Source of the DNA: Eledone cirrhosa
Lineage: Eukaryota
DNA length: 64,000 nucleotides
Assembly (NCBI GenBank): GCA_964016885.1
Contig: OZ024741.1
Location: 11,098,001 to 11,162,000 of the forward strand
Direction of reading: 5' to 3'
Position numbers and translations under genes: made by a program. The notes below the pieces were generated by a model. The model saw only the letters and a list, made by a program, of their open reading frames with translations. It was not told where the DNA came from and did not search any database. Of the stretch, positions 53,781 to 64,000 are shown piece after piece (the first letter of the stretch is position 1; every line of letters starts with the position of its first letter).

Positions 53781-56738
53781 CCGATGTCCTAACCACTCAT
53801 TCTACCCGATGTCCTAACCACTCATTCTACCCGATGTCCTAACCACTCATTCTACCCGATGTCCTAACCACTCATTCTACCCGATGTCCTAACCACTCAT
53901 TCTACCCGATGTCCTAACCACTCATTCTACCCAATCTCCTAACGACTCATTCTACCCGATGTCCTAACCACTCATTCTACCCGATGTCCTAACCACTCAT
54001 TCTACCCAATCTCCTAACTACTCATTCTACCCGATGTCCTAACCACTCATTCTACCCGATGTCCTAACCACTCATTCTACCCGATGTCCTAACCACTCAT
54101 TCTACCCGATGCCCTAACCACTCATTCTACCCGATCTCCTAACCACTCATTCTACCCGATGTCCTAACCACTCATTCTACCCGATGTCCTAACCACTCAT
54201 TCTACCCGATCTCCTAACCACTCATTCTACCCGATGTCCTAACCACTCATTCTACCCGATCTCCTAACCACTCATTCTACCCGATGTCCTAACCACTCAT
54301 TCTACCCGGTGTCCTAACCACTCATTCTACCCGATCTCCTAACCACTCATTCTACCCGATGTCCTAACCACTCATTCTACCCGATGTCCTAACCACTCAT
54401 TCTACCAGATGTCCTAACCACTCATTCTACCCGATCTCCTAACCACTCATTCTACCCGATGTCCTAACCACTCATTCTACCCGATGTCCTAACCACTCAT
54501 TCTACCAGATGTCCTAACCACTCATTCTACCCGATGTCCTAACCACTCATTCTACCCGATGTCCTAACCACTCATTCTACCCGATTTCCTAACCACTCAT
54601 TCTACCCGATGTCCTAACCACTCATTCTACCCGATGTCCTAACCACTCATTCTACCAGATGTCCTAACCACTCATTCTACCCGATGTCCTAACCACTCAT
54701 TCTACCCGATCTCCTAACCACTCATTCTACCCGATGTCCTAACCACTCATTCTACCAGATGTCCTAACCACTCATTCTACCCGATCTCCTAACCACTCAT
54801 TCTACCCGATGTCCTAACCACTCATTCTACCCGATCCCCTAACCACTCATTCTACCCCATCTCCTAACCACTCATTCTACCCGATGTCCTAACCACTCAT
54901 TCTACCCGATGTCCTAACCACTCATTCTACCCGATCTCCTAACCACTCATTCTACCCGATCTCCTAACCACTCATTCTACCCCATCTCCTAACCACTCAT
55001 TCTACCCGATGTCCTAACCACTCATTCTACCCAATCTCCTAACCACTCATTCTACCCGATGTCCTAACCACTCATTCTACCAGATGTCCTAACCACTCAT
55101 TCTACCCAATCTCCTAACCACTCATTCTACCCGATGTCCTAACCACTCATTCTACCCGATGTCCTAACCACTCATTCTACCCAATCTCCTAACCACTCAT
55201 TCTACCCGATGTCCTAACCACTCATTCTACCCGATGTCCTAACCACTCATTCTACCCAATCTCCTAACCACTCATTCTACCCGATGTCCTAACCACTCAT
55301 TCTACCCGATGTCCTAACCACTCATTCTACCCGATCTCCTAACCACTCATTCTACCCGATGTCCTAACCACTCATTCTACCCCATCTCCTAACCACTCAT
55401 TCTACCCGATGTCCTAACCACTCATTCTACCCAATCTCCTAACCACTCATTCTACCCGATGTCCTAACCACTCATTCTACCAGATGTCCTAACCACTCAT
55501 TCTACCCGATCTCCTAACCACTCATTCTACCCCATCTCCTAACCACTCATTCTACCCGATGTCCTAACCACTCATTCTACCCAATCTCCTAACCACTCAT
55601 TCTACCCGATGTCCTAACCACTCATTCTACCCGATGTCCTAACCACTCATTCTACCAGATGTCCTAACCACTCATTCTACCCAATCTCCTAACCACTCAT
55701 TCTACCCGATGTCCTAACCACTCATTCTACCCGATGTCCTAACCACTCATTCTACCCCATCTCCTAACCACTCATTCTACCCGATGTCCTAACCACTCAT
55801 TCTACCAGATGTCCTAACCACTCATTCTACCAGATGTCCTAACCACTCATTCTACCCGATGTCCTAACCACTCATTCTACCCGATGTCCTAACCACTCAT
55901 TCTACCCAATCTCCTAACCACTCATTCTACCAGATGTCCTAACCACTCATTCTACCTGATGTCCTAACCACTCATTCTACCCGATGTCCTAACCACTCAT
56001 TCTACCCGATGTCTAACGACTCATTCTACCCGATGTCCTAACCACTCATTCTAGCCGATGTCCTAACCACTCATTCTACCCGATGTCCTAACCACTCATT
56101 CTACCCGATATCCTAACCACTCATTCTACCCGATGTCCTAACCACTCATTCTACCCGATGTCTAACGACTCATTCTATCCGATGTCCTAACCACTCATTC
56201 TACCCGATGTCCTAACCACTCATTCTACCCGATGTTCTAACCACTCATTCTACCCGATGTCTAACGCCTCCTTCTACCCGATGTCCTAACCACTCATTCT
56301 ACCCCATCTCCTAACCACTCATTCTACCCGATGTCCTAACCACTCATTCTACCCCATCTCCTAACCACTCATTCTACCCGATGTCCTAACCACTCATTCT
56401 ACCCCATCTCCTAACCACTCATTCTACCCGATGTCCTAACCACTCATTCTACCCCATCTCCTAACCACTCATTCTACCCGATGTCCTAACCACTCATTCT
56501 ACCCGATGTCCTAACCACTTATTCTACCCGATGTCCTAACCACTCATTCTACTCGATGTCCTAACCACTCAATCTACCCGATGTCCTAACCACTCATTCT
56601 ACCCAATCCCTAACCACTCATTCTACCCGATGTCCTAACGCCTCCTTCTACCCGATGTCCTAACCACTTATTCTACCCGATGTCCTGACCACTGATTCTA
56701 CCCGATGTCCTAACCACTCATTCTACCCGATGTCCTAA
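53755..56738. repeat. 25-bp satellite GTCCTAACCACTCATTCTACCCGAT, ~119 copies
   Basis: Direct reading; homogeneous core, more degenerate right end. Confidence 0.97.
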
Positions 56739-56780
56739 TATTTTAATAGGGTTTTAATATTACAAAATAAATTCCCAAAT

Positions 56781-57110
56781 ACGGGCGCGAAATTTAATGA
56801 ACTTGTTCACGTGACAGTCATAATTTCATTTATAACCAATCGAATTACATTTATAAAAAAAAACCTTCGTGAGCCCCTTTGTTTTAAGTAAAAAGAAATT
56901 GAAACAAACTGGCGCGAAAGCTGATATGCTTATTCACGTGACTGCATCAACCAACCAAACTTCACTCATATAGGAAAAAAACAACCTGAGTCCTCCCGCC
57001 TTCTTGTTTGAAGAACTTTGTAACGCGAACTGGCGCGAAATTTATTATACTTATTGACAACCAATCAAATTACTTCTCTAAAAACCTGGAGTTCCGAGCC
57101 ACTTTTTTAC
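56781..57110. repeat. ~125-bp degenerate tandem repeat, also present at 63776-64000
   Basis: GGCGCGAAA...CTT(A/G)TTCACGTGAC at ~56784, 56911, 63785; degenerate units at ~57032 and 63910. Confidence 0.75.
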
Positions 57111-57145
57111 ATATAAAACAAGTAACATTCAAAGACCAACCAGAT

Positions 57146-57975
<830 letters not shown>

Positions 57976-58015
57976 ATTCCACCCTAGAGAATTTGGTCCC
58001 TTACGATTTGAACAC

Positions 58016-58061
<46 letters not shown>

Positions 58062-58249
58062 AATTTACATATACATGTGTATATATTACACATTAAATTA
58101 TATAAAAATATAAAATACTATATGTACACAAACACATATATAAGCATATATACGCACACACAACACTTACACATATATGCCTCTCTCTATATGTATATGG
58201 ATATTCATATATATGTATATATATATAAGACCATAAAACGAGCAGTGAC

Positions 58250-60501
58250 CCTGTCACAGGACCACCAACACGACCAGTCTGTGGAGCTAACATCGCTAGT
58301 AACTACAGACTTTCCTACTTCCTCTCCCTGATCATACGCCCCATCATTGAAATGTCCCCAGATATATGTGACAGCACGGAGGACCTCCTGAGCAGAATCA
58401 GCGAGAGTAACCGATTTAGGGACCTAACAAACTGCATAATAGGTAGTATGGATGTTGTGTCCCTATATCCATCTATTGACGTGGATTTTGCTGTGGAGAA
58501 ATGCGTGGAAATGATCAGTGAGAGCAATGTTGAATTCCGTGGGATTGATACCAGTGAGCTGGGACTCCTACTTAAACTTACCTATAGTAATGATTATCTA
58601 GATACATATGACCTTAGCAACCTGTGCCCCACAAGACCAGCAAGAGGCAGACCACCCACCATTACCTCAATGGCCAAGAAAACCCACACAGATAGATGGA
58701 ACGGGTGGACCAGAGCCATACGGATCCCCGAAAACCACGATGAACTAAAGAAAATGATTGCACATGCGGTGGGGGCCAGTATAAAATTAACCCTTAAGGA
58801 ACATATGTTCAAATTTAATGGAAAAATATATGCCCAAGAGTAGGAAGCAGCCATTGGTGTTAGCATTGCAGGCGACATAGCTAACCTATTCATGGTATGG
58901 TGGGACAATAGACTTAAACTTAAACTTAAAGAACAATTAGAAGACAGCAACCTCTTAACCCTGATAATGTACTCCCGCTACGTTGATGATATAAACATCG
59001 TAGTAAAAACACCCCCACTAGAGAACAGTCAGGAATTAGAGAAAAACACCATGGAAAGCATCCAGCAAATAGCTGACTCCATCCACCAGAGTATTAGAGT
59101 TACTATAGATTACCCACGCAAACACCCCAACCAACGATTACCTGTACTAGACACAGAGCTCTGGTTAGATACCATTAATAACAAAAAACAAATCCTCCAT
59201 TCCCATTGTGCCAAACCCATGACTTCCAAATATCTGATCCACCGAAACTCAGCTCTTTCGGACCATACCAAAATCAACATACTGATTGCGGATTTGGTAC
59301 GGGTGATGAGAAACGTGTCCCGAATGTGCAACCCCAAAGAACTAGAGGGACACATACAACACTTCATCCACCGTATGCAGTTCTCTGGTTACAATCAGAG
59401 AGAGAAAATCAGAGTGTATAGAGGAGCCAGAACCAAATGGGAAAAAATGGTAAATATTGACACAAATGGGACCTGCCCCTTGTACAGGAGCAAATTTTGG
59501 AATAGAATAGAAAGAACTAGGAATAGGGTTAATAGAATAAACTCATGGTATGATAGCAATAAATACCAGAGTGTAATGGTCATCGATACAACCCCTAGAG
59601 GTGAATTAGCTTACAAATTTAGAAGGGCCCTAGATAAACATAAACTCAATATTAAGATAGTAGAAAGACCAGGTACATCCATAAAAACACTTATTAGCAA
59701 TACATACTCTTTTCAAAGACCTCCCTGTATAGATAAGAAATGTATAATCTGTAAACTAAGCCCCCATATTAACTGTAAAACTAGAAATGTAGTGTACAGC
59801 ATAAGATGTACTGAAGGACAATGTAGAGATAAGAATATAATGTACATAGGTGAGACAGCTCGTAGTATAGGGGAACGGATAAATGAACACTGGCGAGACC
59901 TTCAAGATAGTAAAGAATCATCTGTACTCCACCAACATGCTAAAATAGAACATAAGGGTAAATTAGAGAACATAGAAATAAAAATAGAATCTACACACAG
60001 AAAAGACGCAATGTTTAGACAAATCACAGAGGCAATAAACATAAATGAACTCCAACCAAAATTAAATAGAAAACATGAATGGAACAGCAACATCACAACT
60101 TACAATTAAGGACAAAATGAAAACACACACACGCATAGAACAAACAACCAACCAGTAACATGTAAATAAACAAATAAATAAACAAATATAAACACACGCA
60201 GACACCCGGATGTAACACATGTGCAAACTAAGCACACAACACACACACAAAAACAAGATGGCATAGGACAGAACAAAGGAGAGGTACAAAAACAAAGAAA
60301 AGAATCTCCAGTCACTGAAGAGGTCACAGAATGTGTGACGAAAGAAATTTGACAATATATGAACAATCGTCTGGTTGTGGAACCAACCAACCAACCGGAA
60401 ATTTATAAATTCCTAAATTTATAAATTTAATTTATAATAAATTGAAGTGAAAGCAACTGGTGCGTTTGTTTCTTATTGGCAACATGACCCTCCCAAAGCA
60501 T

Positions 60502-60507
<6 letters not shown>
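58250..60507 (+). mobile_element. PLE family A copy (RT + GIY-YIG; stop at 58841; ORF 58892-60109), flanked by TA-rich repeats
   Basis: IGSMDVVSLYPSI, AAIGVSIAGDIANLFM, YSRYVDD, GIY-YIG; close to 1-1818. Confidence 0.93.
60311..60353 (+). ncRNA. Type I HHR, family A (stem III eroded)
   Basis: GTCA-CTGAAGA-GGTCACA gaa TGTGTGAC-GAAA-GAAA-TT-TGAC. Confidence 0.65.
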
Positions 60508-60557
<50 letters not shown>

Positions 60558-60590
60558 CAATTATTGGTATAAATTAAATTGTAACCGCCA

Positions 60591-60639
<49 letters not shown>

Positions 60640-61114
60640 ATCTCCCCCCCCCCCCTCTATCTCTCTCTCATATATATATAACTATGATCGTATTACAACG
60701 AAAACTAACTTGCCACACCATATGTTCTAAAACGGAGACCAACAATGTAGAGTTGATTATATGTAAGACATAAATATAAGAATAAATTTGAATGAATTGA
60801 GTTTGATTGTGTTTGACCGGAAGTTGGTAAGTAGTTGTTTAGAATTAAGGATCGGAAACATTTAGATGTCTTAGAGGAAGTTGAGTTTTACAATATACTG
60901 ACGTCTGAACATTAATGAGAGGTGGGGCAGAAGATGGTGGCCGCCAACGACCAAAGTGAAGAAGACAGACAGAATCAACACTGAACAAAAATCAAGACAT
61001 TGTGAAAACGAACAAATATACTATTGAAAACAACGACAACAACCACAACGACAACAACCACACCACAACGACAATAACGACAACAACGACAACAGCGACA
61101 ATAACAATCTTAAT

Positions 61115-62002
61115 ATTTGTTTCTAATATTGTCTCAAAGCCTTTAAGGGAATGGTAAGACACGTCATCATACCCCCAGTAAGTGACGGTACTTTATTTTA
61201 TTGACTTTGAAAGGATGAAAGGTAAAGTTAACCTTGGTGGGATTTGAACTCAGGATGCTGAAAGTCGTAACTACATACTATAAAGCATTTTTCCCGATGA
61301 TCTACCGACTCTTCCAATCCAGCTTTCTTAATGATTTTTAATTTAGGTATAAGTCTAACAATTTGTTGTCAAGAGAAATCAATTACAACTTCCCAGTACG
61401 TGACTGGTACTTTAATTCATTAACCTTGAAAGGATGAATGACCAATATCATCTCAGTGGGATTTGAATTCAGAACGTAAAGGGCCATAACTAAATGCCGT
61501 TTTATTAATATTCCAGGAAGATAAAATATATCACTATTTATTGTTTCTTGGTTTGGTTCTTTGCTTCTGAGAGAGTCCGGCAAAATTTGGGTAGAGCTGG
61601 TCACGTGACTGAAGATATTCACCCAAGGCTCACCCACAGAGGTATAAATCATTGGATCTCTTACTTTGACAATTCACTGAATTAGAGGGAAGATAACTTC
61701 CAATTAATAATCTGTTAACCAATAAAATGCAATTCATGAAATCATGAATGGATTTTACACGTGTTTCTCTATTATATATACATACAGACATGACATGCGT
61801 ATTGGTGGATGTATTTGTATGTATATATATAATATTAATTGTTTCTATTTTAGGCACAAGGCCAGCAATTACCCAGTACATTATGGTACTTTATTTTATC
61901 GACCCCGTAAGGATGAAAGGCAAAGTTAACCTCGGCGGGATTTGAACTCAGATAATAAAGGGACGTAACCCTATGCTTCAAAGCATGGTGTCCAACTCTC
62001 TA
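61115..62002 (-). mobile_element. Three degraded SINE copies (~61115-61330, 61335-61505, 61838-62002)
   Basis: GGTACTTTATTTTAT...AAGGATGAAAGG.AAAGTTAACC..GG.GGGATTTGAACTCAG repeated. Confidence 0.75.
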
Positions 62003-62010
62003 CATATATA

Positions 62011-62325
62011 ATATTAATAAATGGAAACTATCTTTATAAAACCATATTTATTTTATTATATATATTTCAAGGGTACCAACATTTTTGGTACGCTCTCATC
62101 AGATAAAATACAAAAAGTTGTTTTATAGATAGTGACATATCCAAACTTATCGTTTTAAGTTCTGACAGAACTTAAAACGATATGTTCTTGTTTTGGGATA
62201 TGTCACTATCTATAAAACAACTTTTGTATTTTATCTGATGAGAGTGTACCAAAAATGGTGGTACCCTTAAAATATATATAATAAATAAATATAGTTTTAT
62301 AAAGATAGTTTCCATTTATTAATAT
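62011..62325. mobile_element. 315-bp palindromic HHR mini-element (family L)
   Basis: Centre AAGTTCTG-A-CAGAACTT at 62165; arms ~155 bp. Confidence 0.88.
62051..62108 (-). ncRNA. Type I HHR (family L); plus partner 62229-62285 has GAAA>AAAA
   Basis: TTTTAT-CTGATGA-GAGCGTACCA AAAATGT TGGTACCCTT-GAAA-TATATA-TA-ATAAAA. Confidence 0.85.
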
Positions 62326-62418
62326 TATTGATATTATACTCCAAAAGAAAACTGTAGAGTGCTTCGAATCTGTTATAAATATATTTTTTGAATAACCAAC
62401 AAATTAAATAACTCTTTG

Positions 62419-62461
<43 letters not shown>

Positions 62462-62663
62462 ATATATATATAATATATATATATGTCTGTGCGTGTGTGT
62501 GTGTGTGTGTGTGTCTGATGGTAGATAATATGCTTCCATAGGCGGTATGCCGGTTGAGAATCAGATAGATCCACACAATGATTGCGTCTCGAGCTGTCCG
62601 ACGGCGGAACAATTGTAACACACAATAAATTGAGTTCAGATGCATCACTGATTTTTTGTTTTC

Positions 62664-62739
<76 letters not shown>

Positions 62740-62800
62740 GTGAGGTTTTTTTTACAAAATTAAAAATAACCGAGGTGTTCTACGTGAGTGAAAGTATAAA

Positions 62801-63187
<387 letters not shown>

Positions 63188-63194
63188 ATGTGTA

Positions 63195-63235
<41 letters not shown>

Positions 63236-63717
63236 ATAAAACACAAAACTCTCTATGACAAATCATGTGACTGAAAATCTAAACTATAATAAAGTAAGGA
63301 GTGCGGGTCTGCGTACGGTTTATAATTTTTTATCCCATTAGTAAAATAAGTTGGATTACTTTGAATAAATAATGAATGAATATTACATAATTTATCTACT
63401 AAATTTCGTGGCTATTGATTGAATATATTTTTTTTATTTAAAGTTAACTTCTTTAAAATTTCTGAAATGTCAACATTTCCGGTTGACCATCGCTTAAATA
63501 AACATACTAATTTTATGTCACTAATTTTCTCCTATTGCAGTTTATATATAATATCGTCTTTTTTAATGTATCATGGATTACGTTACTGATTACATAAGAC
63601 AGTGTAACACAGTCTTCGTTCAATTTCTATTTATACTGTCAATTACGATTTTATTTGATGTATCATATCTACATGTATATATACCTGCGTATAATATCAA
63701 TATACACACTACACATG

Positions 63718-63755
63718 CTAGCAGAAAACCACCCGAAGGGTGATTTTTCTGCTAG
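63718..63755. other. Hairpin resembling a doubled Helitron 3' end
   Basis: CTAGCAGAAAA-CCACCC GAA GGGTG-ATTTTTCTGCTAG|T. Confidence 0.45.
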
Positions 63756-64000
63756 TGGTAATAAAGAAACCCCAAACACGAACTGGCGCGAAATTTGATG
63801 TACTTATTCACGTGACAGTCATCAACCAACCAAATTACATTTATAAAAAAAAAACAATTTGAGCCACATTTTTAAAGGCAAATACAATAAAAACTCTGTA
63901 ACGCAAACTGAAGCGAAATATATTATACTTATTCACGTGACAGTCATCAACCAACCTAATTTTTTTTTTTAAACCCAGCAATTCCAGCCACTTTTCCCCC

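Noticed and set aside
53755-56738. 25-bp repeats as a CRISPR array or telomeric repeat
   Set aside because: No unique spacers, no cas genes, eukaryotic context; only one CCTAAC per unit rather than tandem TTAGGG

Overview
Gene-free, AT-rich, microsatellite-dense eukaryotic DNA. The SINE types and the (TA)n/(TG)n load suggest an octopus/cephalopod genome (inference). No host gene was recognised; the window is almost entirely retroelement. It holds Penelope-like elements (PLEs, RT + GIY-YIG) of at least 3 lineages, including a 2.4-unit tandem array at 7.1-15.75 kb; Tx1-like LINEs in (TATC)n; R4/Dong-like RLE LINEs in (TACA)n; a decayed RNase H-bearing I-group LINE; non-autonomous Helitrons; tRNA-derived SINEs; and two large satellites. 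The main signal missed by the ORF track is about 25 type I hammerhead ribozyme (HHR) motifs in about 12 sequence families, found by eye. Several have variant cores (U3-A8 covariation in two families; U4A and U4C). Most lie in fold-back mini-elements within or beside (TA)n, and in all 10 such structures both 3' ends point outward. Both satellites can be traced to a parent sequence: the 7.4 kb 18/19-mer array is an amplified 19-nt piece of LINE ORF2 (TGHIPL), and the 3 kb 25-mer array appears to be an amplified SINE A-box. Coordinates were counted by hand (expect errors of a few nt) and clade names come from recalled motifs, not database searches.
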